64,000 bases of DNA from Raillietiella orientalis (taxonomy: Eukaryota), in NCBI GenBank assembly GCA_036172245.1, contig JAYWIR010000001.1, positions 10,044,001-10,108,000 of the forward strand, written 5' to 3'. Below, one piece after another: positions 39,674 to 53,730 of this stretch. The stretch's first letter is position 1; every line of letters starts with the position of its first letter. A model generated the notes under the pieces. The model did no database searches and was not told the origin of the DNA. It worked only from the letters and a program-made list of their open reading frames with translations. The position numbers and the translations under genes were made by a program.

Positions 39674-41037
39674 TCACCTATTGGAAAACCGTTTTTCGGA
39701 ATGGGATGGGCTCTCTCTATAAGGAATGACATAGGACCTGTAGAGGTCACAGTTCACGGGTTTGGAGACGGAATCGAATGCGGCTTCTCGTCTTTGGAAC
39801 GAAGGAGGCACCAAGGTGTTGCTTCCTTGAGCGTACTTCTTCCTGCCACATGTTGTTTCCTCCACCTTTGCTTGGGGGCAGCACCCCTCCTGGGAGTGGA
39901 AACCCAGCAGCGGGTTGCCCAGGAGCACCGCGAGGTCATCCAGATGCACTGTCCTCTCTCTGTCGGGATTGGCGCCGCCGTTCTCGTGGTGCCTGCAGTG
40001 CCTCCGGACACCGCTCGCCCCACCCCTGCCATGGTTAGCGAACTCCACCTTGTCCTTCTTCTTCGACTTGGCGGTGGCCTTCCTGTCGGTCTGCTGCCTC
40101 CTCAGCAGCTCGTCGTAGCGCGGGTCGAAGCCTGACAGGTCCGTCTGCGAGGTGATGTCTACCTTCTGCAGGTTGTCCCGGGACTTGCCCGCGGAGAGAG
40201 GCACGGACTTGCAGCGCACCCGGTAGGGCGGCGACTCCGGGAAGTCCCTCTTAGCGGACGAGTGCCCTGGAGCCGTGCAGTACTTGTCGATGAAATCGGA
40301 AATCTTCGAGTTCTTGAAGGACATATCCAGGGAGTGGTGCTTCGTTTCTTTGCGCAGCACGTTCTCCCGATCGTCCCCGAAGGTCGTGGGAAAGAAGGAG
40401 GGCTGCTGTTCCTTCTCGCAAACTCCTGCGGCGGCGGTCGCGTCGCTGAAAAGTGGTTCCGGGGTCTGCGCGCAGCAGCGACTCTCCCCGGACGAGGGAT
40501 GCCGCACCCCGTCGTCCTTCGGAGGGGATCTTCGGGAGCCGGGCGAGTCGTCGCTGCCACCTCGGTCTGGGGAGGGAGGACTCCTCCCCGTTCGGAGAGC
40601 TTCCGGGACTCGCTTCCGGTACTTTGCCTTCTTCGCCTTCCGGTCCTTTGTCTCCCTCGCCGGGCGCTCCATCTTGCACCTGGGGCACGGGAAAGGGTCC
40701 GAGAGCATCATCCTTGTCCTCTGCCTCTGGTGCGCCACGCCAACCAGCACGCAGAGGTTCAGCACCAGCAAAGATAGCCCGGCGATCAGCACGACGCTCA
40801 CGGAGCTGGTGTGACCCTCCTTCTGGAGCGCTTCCTTGGTGACGTTCCGTCCGCGAGATGTAGAAGCCGGATCTCTGCCGGAGCACCCGTCGCCGGAACC
40901 TTCCTTCCTGCCTTTGGAGGAAGAAACTCCCATGCTGCCCGCCATTTTGCTTTGCCTCCTGAGCATTTCCGGTATGAGATCGTTCCAGAGAGGCATGTAC
41001 TTCGACCTGTAGTGGCTCTTCACGTACGACTGCAGCC
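39674..41037 (-). CDS. Nlg: Neuroligin-family gene A, last coding exon: end of ectodomain, stalk, TM helix and long cytoplasmic tail
   Basis: Acceptor ttccttttcag|GG CTG CAG (phase 1). Reads (G)LQSYVKSHYRSKYMPLWNDLIP, like neuroligin GLKPRVxDHYR...W.xLxP. TM segment VSVVLIAGLSLLVLNLCVLVGVA (~40801-40733) has the neuroligin GxSLLxLN motif. Open to TGA at 39674. Confidence 0.9.
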
Positions 41038-44000
41038 CTGAAAAGGAAGCCGGTGAGGCCCTGGGAACCGAATGTTTGTAGTCCAGGAAGAAAGGAGTGG
41101 AATAAGGAATAAGGTTTCCCCTTAACCTTAGATGCTTGTTCCCGGGGTGTTAGGGGTCTGAGGGGATCGCTGTTAGCTCTCGAGGACGTGCTCGAAGGCC
41201 GAGAGGGGAAGCACAGGTGCTCCAGGCAGCGGTGGGCAAAAGGATGGCTGCCGGAGGCGCGGCACCGCTCACGTGATGGAGAACAGGGGCAACGAAACTC
41301 GCGCGGATGCAGCCCACGGGAGGGCAAAACTGCCGTCGGGGGACCGTCGGTTCCGGGAGAGTGACATCTTGTCCAGCTCCCTGCGATCCTCGGAAGGCGA
41401 ATGAGGAATTCCGGGTGCGAAATTTCCCGGAGGCGCCTCGAGAAAGTGGAGCGGGAGGATGAGCCCGGCTAAGGGCGCGGGACCGAAACCCGGCGTTTCC
41501 TTCGAGAAGATCAAAGGTGGGCCGTAAGCCACGAGCCAGGGGCCGGCCAACACGCATGAGCTGAGATCACTCGCGCCCGGAGTCGGGAGTTCTGCCGGTC
41601 AAAGCACCTTCGGCGGCCCCGAATGGCGGCTCGAGACAAGGGTAACTCGCGAGCATCGGGAGCAGCTCACGAGCATCTACCACTATGGACTTCCATCCAC
41701 AACTTCCATCCGCGGCCCAATCAACGCTCGTCCTTGTCGAGGACGGAGGCCTGCGGTCCGGGACAGAGGGCTAGAATGGTGCGGCTGGTCAGTTGGCTGG
41801 TCCCGGCCTGGATGTGCACTCGAGCTGCACGCAAGGGGGAGGCAGGACTCCGCAGAGAGGGAAGGCTTGGGAGCGGGACAGCTTCCCCGGTCCCTCTCCA
41901 GGGAGGAGTGCCCGTCTCGGGCACGCGACCCGAGGGTGCGGAGCGGCGACCCTCTGGAGGAGAAGCGAAGCGTCGAACACGGCATGCGAGAGGGGGGGCT
42001 TCTCAGAGATTCAGTAGAGCCGAGACGAGGTAACGGGCAGCGAGGAAGCTCTCCGGACGGAGCTGCCCATTTCCTCACGGCGGGGAGGCTCAGAGAGACC
42101 TCCTCTCCCCCTGATCGCCTTTCTCTTTGGGATGACCTGCAGCTTCCTTGCCCTGGAGGAGTTCCCGGAAGGGTAAGCGATCTCGCAGCTAGGCGTCACC
42201 TGGGAATACCTCCTCCCTCTCGCTCCTCCTGGTAACCATCCTCGCCGACACGCTAGTACCGGGAGGAAAGAAAGGACGGAGACGAAATCGCCTCAAGCGC
42301 TCCCGAGGTCGCCACGCCACAGGGCGGCTTCAAATGCCCCAGACGGTTCCCTGGAATGTGGCCACGCATCTCCAGCGCGACGCTCGCAGAGTGAAGTGCA
42401 GCCACTTCCGCCCTGATCCCTTCCGCTTCTCTGGGAAGTCCCCTCGGGAACCCTCACTGCCCCGCGCTGTCCGGCGCTCGAGAGAACGAGGCGTTGCTTC
42501 GTCCCGCGGAGTCACGACGAGGTCCGCTCCCTGGAAGTCCTCACAGGTTCCTCTCTCTCCTTCATGCCCGGAAAGTCCCTCCGCGCTCAAGGATGCTCCT
42601 GAGATGCTTCCCAGTCGCTCCGAAGTCGAACCGCCCTGCAGGGGACCTCGGTTCCCCTCGGGGACCCTCGCAGCGGGGGTGCAGCCGAAGGCGAAGGCAG
42701 CAGTTGTCATCATGTCTTCCCCTCCCGAGAGGCAATTGAAGACTCCCGCAAGCTCACAGTTCCCGTTCCTGGATGACCCGGGTGACCCGGCAGCGGGGAA
42801 AAAGCTTGGAAGGAGAAACGAGGAGGAGAAGGAGCTTCTTGCGCCGTCCGAGCCTCTGGAAAACCTCAGCACTCATCTCTGTACCCCATTTCTGCCTCAG
42901 GCAGTATTTTCTAGGAGTCAAGGATGTGGTCCGGGGCAAGGAACAAGGCAAAGGGAGGCTCGGGAAGTGCATCGACTCACTCCTGATAACTGGGCAAGGG
43001 AGCTTCCTGCTCCTCTCAGTGAAAGGAGGGTCTGTGGGCGAAGGAGGGGGCCGACCAAGAGAGAGGGGGGAGACAGCGATGGTGCCACGAAAAAGGGCGG
43101 GCCTGCAGAGCCAGCTGTCATCAGCGAGGAATCTACGAGCTCTCACCCGAGGCAGCGCTGATCGTCCCCCGTTGACCTACGCCATCGACAAGTACTTGAT
43201 GGCGACTCCTATTGCGGTGTTTTGTCTTGCCCTCTCCGAGTTCCCCCTTTGTGGCCTCGAAGGAAGGGATGAACCCCCTACACCCCTCCCTGCGACCACC
43301 AGAGGCGTAGGTCCGGCTGCTCGAGCGCGAGACCCTCAAGGGATGGGTGGGACCTCCTCCTTTGCCATTCCCGACCATCGCAGGGAGTGGGAAAAGGAAC
43401 AGGGAAGGGTGAGAAGAGCGGGAGAGGAACGGAAGGGGCATTGACTGGAGCTCGGAGGATACGCTGCGTCACCAGCCGCCAGCCCTTCGCGGAGACGCGT
43501 CCGCGGGCACCGCTTCTCCATCATGGACTTTCCGGGAGGAGAAATTTCTCCTTTTCATCTTACCCCAAAAGCCAGGGAGACCGAGGGGACAGTCTCCGGG
43601 TAACGAAGACGTCCCGCTTTCGCTGCAACAAGAACTTGTTGTCGAGGGGGCGCAGAGGCTGAGGGTCGCCCCTGCAAGAAATTCCCCGTTTCCTTACCGC
43701 TCCCCCGAGGATTTAGGGAGACAAGCCACGCTGGCATGAAAACAGGGGGGACGTAGTCCGGCGTCTTCAGTCTGAGGGGGAAGTTGCCACCTCTCACATC
43801 TCTACGACGGCTTCCCGTGGCGTGGGTGGGTGCCAACCACTCTTGCGATTCCCTTCCTCCCCCATCCGAGGGGCCTGGCACGAGAGGCGCTCCTGGACTC
43901 CGCCTCCGCAGCGAGGCTGGGATGCCCTCAGGGTCCGGCCCTGTGCCGCCGCTCACCCTCGGCGGAGTACCTCCCCCTCTCCCCCCACTTTCTCACGCGG

Positions 44001-45154
44001 ACGAGAGTGCAGGAGCATTGGATGGGGCCCCTTCAGGCGACCGCCTCCTCGAAGGCGCGCGTCTCAAGGTCGAAGGCTTTTATCGGTTCTTTCGGGCGCG
44101 CTTCGGAGGGGATGAGCGCCTCCGTGTTGGCAGAGATGGAAGAGGGGTGTCGCTCCTTCGACGCACCTGCGTGAAGGACTGCCCACGCGGCGGAGTCACA
44201 TGACCTGCTCTCGCGACCGACGAGGCTTTCTCGCTAAAGCTCCGCCGGAGCCGCGCGCAAAGAGCCGTTGAGCAAGCAGGTCGCTGAAGCTCCAAGGGAC
44301 GCTTAGCAGTGGAGGCCTTCCAGACGTCCATCCGGGAGGGTGGAAGAAGAGCGGTTAGTGATGAAACCCTGGGACGGTCGGGAGGCCAGATGCAGGGTCC
44401 GAGCGGAGAAGGGGGGGGGGGGGGAACGAGAGAGGAAGTTCGCGCTGAGCGACCAGCTGAGAACGCTCAAAGACTCTTCCGAGCGCCTCCTTTTCATTAG
44501 GAGACTTCTTTCCGTGAAAGGAGGGGGGTAAAAGGGCGGTATTCGTTGGTTTGAGAAGACCCCGGCTGCCAAACGCCTGCGGACTACCACTTGGCCCTCC
44601 AACGGCGCGCGCGCGACTTCTCTGAAGACCACGCGCGCTCGGGTGCTTTTGTGTCCTTCCGGCCTCGAGGACCCCTCCGCTGTGGCCTTTGGCCATTTCT
44701 TCCTTTCCAAACGCTTGCCGCGCGCCGTCCATACATGCGTTTCCGAAGCGTCCTACTTTGCAGACGGGATAAATCCTGCATTTTTCCGAAATGTCCAGCA
44801 GTCCTTCTTGTTGATGCCCCCGCCCCGAATGAATCGCCGTCTTTCCGCTCCTCAACGATCCGAGTGGAGCAGCGGGGGGGGGAGGTCATCTGAAACCTCG
44901 TCGATCATCAGGCCGACTCCCCTCCCCCTCCTTGTGTCCTTCCTCGTTCCCTAGCAACGCGGGAGGTCGAAGAAGCCTGTCGGTCCGGAGAACCCTCCGG
45001 GCGTGAGAGCAGGTTTACGAAGTGCTGAGGGACCGCTGCGATAGGACACACAAGAGATCTCCTGGCTTTGGTCTTCGGGTCATCGGGAGAGCGTTAGAAT
45101 TCCGAGCGCCTTCTGACCTTCCCATCCCACGCGCGCCTTCATCAGACCGCCGCT

Positions 45155-45485
45155 TCTTAACACTCTGAAAAGGCGACCCTCTCCCTTAGGGAGAGTATCA
45201 ACCAGCTCCATGAAACAGCTCCATCTTCCAAACCGAGAAGGAAAATCAGCTCCTTGATTTCCAGAAGGACCTCGAAAGGGCTAGGTCCCCAGCCTTGGAC
45301 AGTAGGCAGGGGCATCCGGGGTATTTCAGGCTTCCATCAGTGCCGCTGCACCCGAGTGTGCCAACCAGCGCCATCTTGCGGAGGAAGGATTCGAAACTCA
45401 TGACCACCCCACCGTTCTCGCCATCGATCCTTCTTCCTCGAGAGGAATTCGAACCCGTGATTCTCTGTGCCACGCGAGTGGCGAT
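45155..45485 (-). mobile_element. SINE-like family 1, 5' half
   Basis: atcaaccagctccatg, catcagtgccgctgcacccgagtgtgccaaccagcgccatcttgcgg, atcgatccttc..gaattcgaacccgtg. Confidence 0.7.
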
Positions 45486-47699
45486 CGCAACCGCGTGGAA
45501 TTTCGCTTTCCTGGCAGCTTTCCCTTTCGTTGACCTTTCCGGTTCGCTCTTCAGCTCTTCGTGCCATCCCCTTGAGCGGATCAGAGCGACCAGTGCCTCC
45601 CCCGTCCATACCGACTTCGTTCGTTTGTCGAGCGGCAGGGAAAAAAATCCCTGAAGCGGAAGCATCCCGAGGTCAGCCTGCCTCGGGACCAGTCTCCGTG
45701 TCGCGCTCTTGACGCAAAGCTTTGGCAGCAGCGAGATCATAGTCCACGCCCGTGATTCTCGGGACAGAGCACCGTGAGATCGTCACGGAGAGACGCCGAG
45801 TTCCAGCCCGCTGCCGAGAGACGCCAGACCCCCAGGAGATGGCGGAGCGACGCGACGAGCTCTGCTTCCGTAGTAAAGACGACAGCTACGAGAACACCGG
45901 GGCACTGCGGCGAACATCCTCCCGTTCGCTTCTTCCCTCTGGGGAACTTCGCCCACCTCTTCTGCAAGAGGCGCTTCCTCTCCGCCACGCTCTCACTTCC
46001 AGTGGCCTCCTTTCGAATGTGCTGATTTCCCGAGGCCCACAGGCGGTTGCGTCGAGACGTCATGACGGACTCCTGAGCGAACATGAAACGAAGCGCGGCT
46101 GAAGAAGCCCCATCTTGGCCGTTCCTCTCGGAGCCGGCAGACTTCCAGCTTTCACACCCGCTGTGGATTTTCAGCCATCCACAGGTCGACACCGAGTAGA
46201 ACGTCGAAGATGTGGACGCCCCGTTGAAGCAAAGGCCTGGCTCGAAAACTCACAATCTGCTTAATCAAGAATCTGCCGTGGACCAATCGGTTATTAACCA
46301 TTGCAGAATCACAGTTTTTTTGAGGATGCTTGGTCCCGCTGTCGTTACCTTGGAGGACGAAACGGTCAGCGAGGGAACCGTGGAAAAATCACGAAAATCA
46401 ATATCCACGCGATGAATGCTGGAGGCTGGCATGTCCTTGTGTTGCTACTGGCTACCGTTTGAAGAGAGCCGTTTTTCAAGGAGACCCGCACGCAGATGAG
46501 GTCCGAATCCTGGAATACCTTTCCGACGGGAACGCGGTTCGAGGTCCGCGACATTCCTTTGTTGACGCGCTCGAGAGTATCGCAGATGACGATGTTTTGG
46601 TTTCCCCCAGACCGACAAGGTCAGCAGGGACACCCTGAGCTCCGGATGAGTTGCCATCGCCGACCCTCAGCACGCTCCCAAGCATAATTCGGGAAACCCC
46701 CGACGGGGGCCCGCAGTGTGGGGGGCGTATGGAAAATTCCCTGGTCATGTGATGAGTCCACTGGTGAAGTTCTCCCGTCCCAAATGAAGGAAAAGGCTAG
46801 AGGTGGTACAAGAAAACCCTGTCGAAGTGGTTCAGGTGGCGCCTGGCGAAAGGAGGAATGTTTTTTTTTTTTGAAAAAAAAGAAAGAGGTGCGCTTGGCT
46901 TGAGATGCAAGAACTTCCCTCTCGATGGTAGTCATCGCGACTGAAGATGCGAGGATCTTTTCCCTGGAGTCCTTTCTTACGAGGCAGCAGGAGCATGAAG
47001 GTGACAGGCGGGAGGGGAGAAAATGAGCGTCTTTGCAAGATGATGGCAGAGTTTCCTTTCGGATCTGAAAACTCGGCAAGTTTCGCAGATAATCCGCTGA
47101 TGGCACGGTGCTCTGGGGATCGCTGGAGGCACAGCGGCTGCTCGGATGACGTGGTCCACCTGACTCCGGTCGAATGGAACCGGCGTGGACATCGGCCAGG
47201 CAGACGGGTCCCCGGCGCTTAATACCGCGCACGAGTCCACCGCTCCCGGACTCCTGCCGGAGACCTGAAGCGGATCGATCGTTCTCTTCCTGCAGTCCTC
47301 AAGAGTCGCCTAATTTTAATGCCGGATTCCGGGAAAGGAAACGACGGTTCGGCTGGCCTTTTTCTGCCAGGAACGAGGCAGCCTTCTACCGGAGGAATCA
47401 CAAAAGGATCCCGAACTATTAAAACCATATTTTCCTTGAGTTGTTTCCAGGAATTTATCGCCATGAGCAACCGTTACTAAGATTCATTGCATCTCCCTTC
47501 GCTTCGAAAATGGCTTTTCGCTTGAGCAGCAATTAGAGAAATCGAAACCAAGGAGATGAACTGAAAGTGGATTTGTATAGATCGGGGTTTAGCTGTCCGC
47601 TCCCCGGATACAGATTCTCGCAAGCTGCGGGTTCACGTAGAGGAGCGACCCCGAGAAATGGTTTCGAGTAGCCCCCCTCCCTTTCCCGAGACGGCTCCA

Positions 47700-48745
47700 G
47701 TCATCCTATATGATCCAGATGCGGGACCGGTGGAAGGTGGATGATCCCGTTGACTGACCGGAATCGGAAGTCGACCCTCCGGGAGTCCTACCACGATCCA
47801 AAGAGACGGGTTCTCTTTAGGGTTCCCTAAGGCTCCAGTTTAGAGGATGGAGCCGTACCACGGAGCTGGTTGATACCTTTTCAGAGTGTGAAGTAGGGAG
47901 CTGCTCGCTTCGGGGAAGCGCCCTTCCGAGAGAAATCAGAACGCTCCCTTCGGGGTTCCCTCCAGAGAAGAAATTCAAGAACGGATCCTTTCCGGGTTCC
48001 CTTCGGAGAAAGAATCACGAAAGACCCCTTCAATTCGTGTCCCTCCGGAGAGAATGAGGAAGAGATTTCCCTCCGGTTTGCTGGCTTGCCTTTCGGTTTG
48101 CGCTTCAATCTTCGGCTTGAAATCTCGCCCCACACGTAGCACCAAGCGGTTGCGGGTTTGAATCCCACCCGGGGAAGGTTCGACGCCGACAAATGGGTGT
48201 GCGTCGTCAATGGCGCCGGTTGACCTGCAGGCTTCGGACGCGGCACTGGTGAAATCCGGATGCCCCGTTGACTGGATGGGATTGGAAGTTGACCCTCTGG
48301 GACCCTTTCGGGAAACAAGGAACCGGTTCCCTTCATGTTCCCTTCCGGTTGTAAAAATAGAGCCGTAACATCGCGAACCATGGAGCGGGTTGATGCCTCT
48401 CCAGAGTGCAAAATGCGCGCTGCTCCCTTCGGGGAAGCGCCCCTCAGAGAAATCAGGAAGCGTCGCTTCGGAGTTCTCTTCAGACCCCTCCGGAGACGAA
48501 ATGAGGAGCGTTTCCTACAAACCGGAAAGTCCTTCCAAAGAGAATAAGCAAGAAGTTCGCTTCGGGGTTTCCTTGGAAGACAACCGGGGCGTGGATTCCT
48601 CTACCAATCTTCAGAGGAGCGGGACTCTCTTCCTTCGAAACCTTCCTGGATTCACATAGCACTCCCCTACCAGGGCTCCTCATTAAATCGAAGAGTCAGC
48701 ACGCACCCCCAGGTGACGTGTACGGTGTCGAAGAGCTCTGTGAGC
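47700..48745 (+). mobile_element. Two adjacent SINE-like family 1 copies (partial ~47700-48060; near full-length ~48125-48745)
   Basis: The second copy starts with gcaccaagcggttgcgggtttgaatcccacccggggaagg. Both contain c.cgttgactg, ggaagt.gaccctc, gagccgta and cttcggggaagcgccc. Confidence 0.72.
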
Positions 48746-51700
48746 TTCATTTTCTTAGGGGGTGGGGTGGGGAGGACAACTCTTCAGTGCTTCCCGACTC
48801 TGGATTAAACGAGACCAATAAACGGGTAGGAGATGAGTAGAAAAGAATTTCTGGAAAAACCGGAACCGATGGGGGCGCGAATGGCTCCAGTGAAACAAAA
48901 GATGCGAAAGACTTGTTACGAATGATTCGCGCGCTTTCGGCATCCTTTTCGGGGGAACTCATCCTGAGCCGACTCCGGGGAGAATCGACCCCAACCTGGT
49001 CAGACCCGGCAGTGAGTTTCCAGTGTTCTTCCCGAGTGCGGTCCGTTTCGGCGCTCGCTCCAAGCTCCTGTTTTTGGTACTCCCCTTTCCCCTCGCGGAA
49101 GACAACGCTTTTCTCAAAATCCAAACCTGATAGAATGACGTATTAAAAGATTGAGGCTTTCCATGATTCTTGGAGGGAGTTCCTGAGCCGTCGAAGGGAG
49201 CGCGGACAGAGAATTGAAGGATCAGCGGACGAAAGCTGAGGCGCACTGGTGAATGGCAAATGAGGATGACATTCTTTGGAACAGAAAGAAAGAAGCACAA
49301 GCGGGCGCGCACGCACTTTTGGACGCATTTGCGAAAATCTTCCTAAGTGAAAGTGAAAGGTGAGTGGAGGACGCAAGCTGCAAGCTGAGATGCCTCCGGG
49401 ATGTTCCAAAGAGCAGACAACACCACAGGTGAGACCGGAAGAACACGGGCTGCCGCCAGCGACGCAGTCAGCTGTTTCGCCCGTAAGGAAACGTAAATCA
49501 AAAGGGTGGTCCACCAGGCTTCCAGGATGATCCTCTGGGTTCCTGGGACGCCGCAAACGCTGTCCGGAAGGAGAGGAAGGGGGCAGCGAAGGTACCGACG
49601 GCAAACGTTTTCGAAACAGCACATGAGGGATAGCAACAGGGCAGCAACGTCCACTTGCCGTGGACGCTCCAGAAGCAAAGCACGCGATTCGAGATCGTCA
49701 TCTGAACAAGCGACTAATTTATTCGGTGGAGCACAGCTGGATGATAATGTATACCGATAATTGGATGCTGACCGTGTACCCGTGGCTTAAGAACGCTTCG
49801 TATACCAACAGATTTATCAAAACAACAACTCTCGGGCTCTACAGGAACGAAAAGATGAGTAATGTGTTATGTCAAACCCTAGGTCGAAGCTCATGGGATT
49901 AGAACCAAGAAGAACGGAAATGCGGCCACGGACTGAGAAGCAGTAAGGAAACCCTTCTGGAAGGAAAAGAAGTCACCGGCAAGCGAAGAGATAATCCCTG
50001 GTCCCGGAGCACCAGGAACAGTCATGCGGACACCAGACAACCAGGAAACTTGCGAAGAAGGAGATGACTAAAATCTCATCACAGAAGTGGGGATGATTGC
50101 TTTGAAGCAGCCACGGGGAGGAGAGGGCAGCGTCATTCCAAGGGAGGCTGTCTAAATCAGGCCTCCTGGATGGAGCGGGACGAGAGCTGCGAGGGAACTG
50201 GAAGGCCCTCTGTTGCAAGAGTCGGATCCGAGATTCCAAGAGGCCATTACAAGTGTGCTAGACCGAACGGAGATTGGAGAGACCTCAAGGCATCGTTGCG
50301 GAGAGCCCTTTTGGCGAGTCTTCAGGAAAACCAACCAGATGCTCCAGCAGGGAGATGGAAAAGCGCTCGCGCGGAAAGGCAGCCTCACCATGAGGATGGC
50401 CGCGGAAGAGCTGTTCAGCGACCTCGGAGCCGGCCTGTGCCAAGAAAGTCTCGTCGAAAAATATGGTCCTCCTCGCTCGCGTGGGGGGAAGGGGGGGGGG
50501 AGAACTCAGGGAAAACTCGTCCTGCCCGCCCCAGCTGCGGGCTTTACGCAATCCAGAAACCGGCACAATGGTCCTGCGAGGTTGATCAGCAAAGAGCGGA
50601 CCTCAACAGCATCCATCTGTACAGAGCGAGCTTCGTTGCTCGAGGGAAAATAACCTTTGTTTTGTTCTCAGATTCTGCTCCGGATTGAGGAACGGCATCC
50701 ATAATCATCCCGGAGAATTGGGGGCACTCTCCAAGAAGTTCAAATTAAGGGCACGGCAAACAAGCAGGAGCTCAGCTATAGGGCAGGGGATGAAGAAATT
50801 TCCCTCGGATAGGAGGGGGGAGGGAGAAGGAGAAAAAAAAGGAACGAAACACTCTCTGCGACCTAACGAAATTGCGCCCAAACGACCTGAGCGGGGGAGG
50901 AAGGGAAAGGGTTAAAAAGACGGTTTCTCTCATCTCTTCCAACGTGCACGATGCGCTTCCCAGTTGCGGAGGATCGTCCAGGAGATGCGCAGCCACCAGC
51001 TCGGCAATCTTGCGGGAGGAAATCTCGTGACAGCGTCCCCGGACGCGCTCCGTCGGAAATCCCTGCGGCGAATCTTCCTCGCGGGCGGTGCAGCCGCGCT
51101 TCGGGAGAAGGCAGCTCAGCCGCGAGGGCGCTCCCCCAATCACGGTGCGGGAGAATCGCATCCACTTCTAAATTGGAACCGGGATTTCCCGCGAGGCGAT
51201 TTTCCAAATAGACTCCGAGTCGTTCTACTGGACGCAGCTTGAGCACCTGAGGGATTCAGCCTGGAAATCCCCTCTCTCGGGCGGAGGGAAAAAGGGCGTG
51301 GCACGCTCCGAGGTCGAGGGTGGCGCCACCGTCCAGCAGCGGCTGCCTCTCAGCATCCCGAATCTGCCTGCCTCTGTAGCTGGGGAAGAGCTTTAGACCG
51401 GAAGGTGTCATTGGGATTCGATCTGGTCAACCGGGTCACTCAGTGTATTAAGCGGTCGTTGGACTGAGCCTCCCCCTTCCGCGAAAATCCTTCCGTCTTA
51501 CCGGACGCTTCCGAGACGACGAACAAACAAACAAAATCACAGAGTTTTCGCCACCCCAGGAAATCCAAACATCGCCGTCACGCAAACTGAAGGGGGAGAA
51601 TGACCCACTCCTGCTCCGTCGTAGGTCCCCCCCTTCCGGAACATCCGCAAATAAGTTGCATCCCGTGAATGGGAATCTTTATGAAAGTTTGATTCCCGCC

Positions 51701-52994
51701 GGTTCGGAATGCGCACCAGAGAGGCAACGTACCTGAAGCGAACGGATGAGAGATGGGTCGCGGGTCTCCTATTTGAAAAAAAAAAAGAAGAAGGGGAGGG
51801 GGGAGGAAGCTGCCGTTGGCCATGGGAAAGATCCGATGATGAATTTTTCATCATCCGATCCGAAGGCCGAAGGCCAACCGGGAAAGAACCCTAACGGATG
51901 GCTGCGGGAAGCATCGACAACCACTTGCGTTCCCATGCACGCAGCTCAATTCCATTGAATACGTCGGGAGCAACGCGCGGGAGCTCCGCAGAGGATTCTG
52001 TTGTATCCCACGTTGGGGTCTCCGAGAGCGTATCCTTCCGCATGAATTCCCCCTTCCTCGTTAGCAAGGCGTCCTTGAGCTTCCTGGAGGGACCACTGCA
52101 GCCATCTCACCTGAATGCCGTTCGGTTCGGACCAACGGCATCCTTGCAACTCTCGGATTTTCTTTTCTTTTGTCTCGGCGTTTCTATTTGCTTGCTCCGG
52201 GGATCCACCGGGACTTCTCATGACAAATTTTTTTTCATCGCCCCCCTCCAACGATCGATTTCTCCCGAGGATGCTGCTGTCCTGGAGCACCGCCGGTAAT
52301 AGAGGTGGCTGCGTCCCGGTTACGGTCCGAAGTTGGCGGAAGTCCTTCCAGGAATTCGAGCCCATGCTGGTCTGGCGGCCTCTCTCGCGGGTGGATTCCT
52401 TTACCCTGCGCCGGCGACCTTCATCCCCTCACGAGAAAAGCGGTGGCACGGTTGCGTGTCCCCCGTCGGACGAAGGCCCCGAACGATGCCGTCCGCTTCG
52501 GTGCCCACCCGCCGACCTCAGCCCGAGCCACCCTAGCTGGGGACCCACGGATGGACCCGGAGACTCGCCAGCACATCGACTTCGCACGGCGAAGGTCGGA
52601 ACGCGAACGCCTCTGCGCTGGAGTCTTCCCTTCTCCTGGAACAGGCAGCTAGGACTTCGCAGGATTCTCTGAACGAGAGCTTTCAGAATCCCAGATACCT
52701 GAGAGCCGTTCTTTTCGAGTTTCCCAGACGATCCTGAGAGGTCGCTTCGGGGCGCACGCCAGGAAGGTCCTAAAAGGAAAACGCCTTCGGCAACTCGTCT
52801 ACTTCCCGCTCGCGCGGCGTTCGTCTTTCGGGCAGGACGTGCGCTTCCGGCCCACCACCCGACCCGCGTCCGCCCAGATGCTGCGGTCCTCAATGCAGCC
52901 ACACCTTCGGCGTCGAACGGAGCTCCCAGTGGAGAGCCACTCGTGTCTGCGCGCACCATCTTCCCGTCAGCAGTGATGATGGAAGTCTCTTTTG

Positions 52995-53730
52995 GGTTCT
53001 TCTGCTTCACTGCCTCCTTCCAGCTTCCTTTCTTTGGGGTCTTTTGGAGGTCCTCAAGGGGTGCTGAAGAACCGCTTGTCTACTTAGGGGGAAGGGGACT
53101 CACGAAGCTCTTTGACCCTACCCACCCCACACGAGGGTACGCGCTTAAGTCTTCAAGTTAGCGGGCAACCCCGTAGGGACCATGAATCAAGGAAGGCACC
53201 GGAGGGAGGGGTCCGTTCTTTTCATGTTCGGTAGGGGAATCCCGAAGAAAACCTCTTCCTTATTCTCTCCGGCGAGACCCCCTGGAAAGGATCTGCTCCT
53301 GGAATTTCTTTCCCCGAGGAATCCTGCAAAGGAACCTCTCCTTTGTTTACTCTTCTGAAGAGAAGTCTGAAGGGACTCTCGTCGAAGGAAGGAGAGCGCT
53401 GTTTACACTCTGGAGAGGCAACCCCCTCCCCGAGGGGGATATCAGCCGGCTCCACTTTCACTACCGGAGAAGAACCTCGAAGAGAACTCGATTCCTGGGG
53501 TCCTTCCAGGAATCGAGCTCCTTCCGGTCAACTCCTAATCCCGGCCGGTCAGCGGGGGTATTCGACTTCCTCGAGTGCCTCAACCGAAGCCTCCAAGGCA
53601 GCCGGCGCTATCCTGCGGAAGAGGTTCGAAACTGACGACGCCTCCCGTTCCCGGCGTCGATCCTTCTTCCCCGGGTGGGATTCGGATTCCAACCAACGGC
53701 TTCCAGTGGTGCCTCAGAGACCTGGCCTCC
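52995..53730 (-). mobile_element. SINE-like family 1, full-length copy
   Basis: Tail ctcaaggggtgctgaagaaccg, body ttacactctggagaggcaacccc, head ggcgtcgatccttcttccccgggtgggattcgga. Confidence 0.75.

Noticed and set aside
40251..41327. 358-aa alternative-frame ORF and antisense ORFs over the last neuroligin exon
   Set aside because: Shadow ORFs from GC-rich codon usage; no recognisable domain.
43564..43671. 108-nt AG/GT-bounded minus segment reading GDPQPLRPLDNKF, like neuroligin GDPNxPVPxDTKF
   Set aside because: It lacks WxxY, and in that frame its exit phase does not fit the last exon; the exon at 55736-55848 fits both motif and phases.
49730..49902. Protein-like stretch WMIMYTDNWMLTVYPWLKNASY
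   Set aside because: No family recognised and no convincing splice sites.
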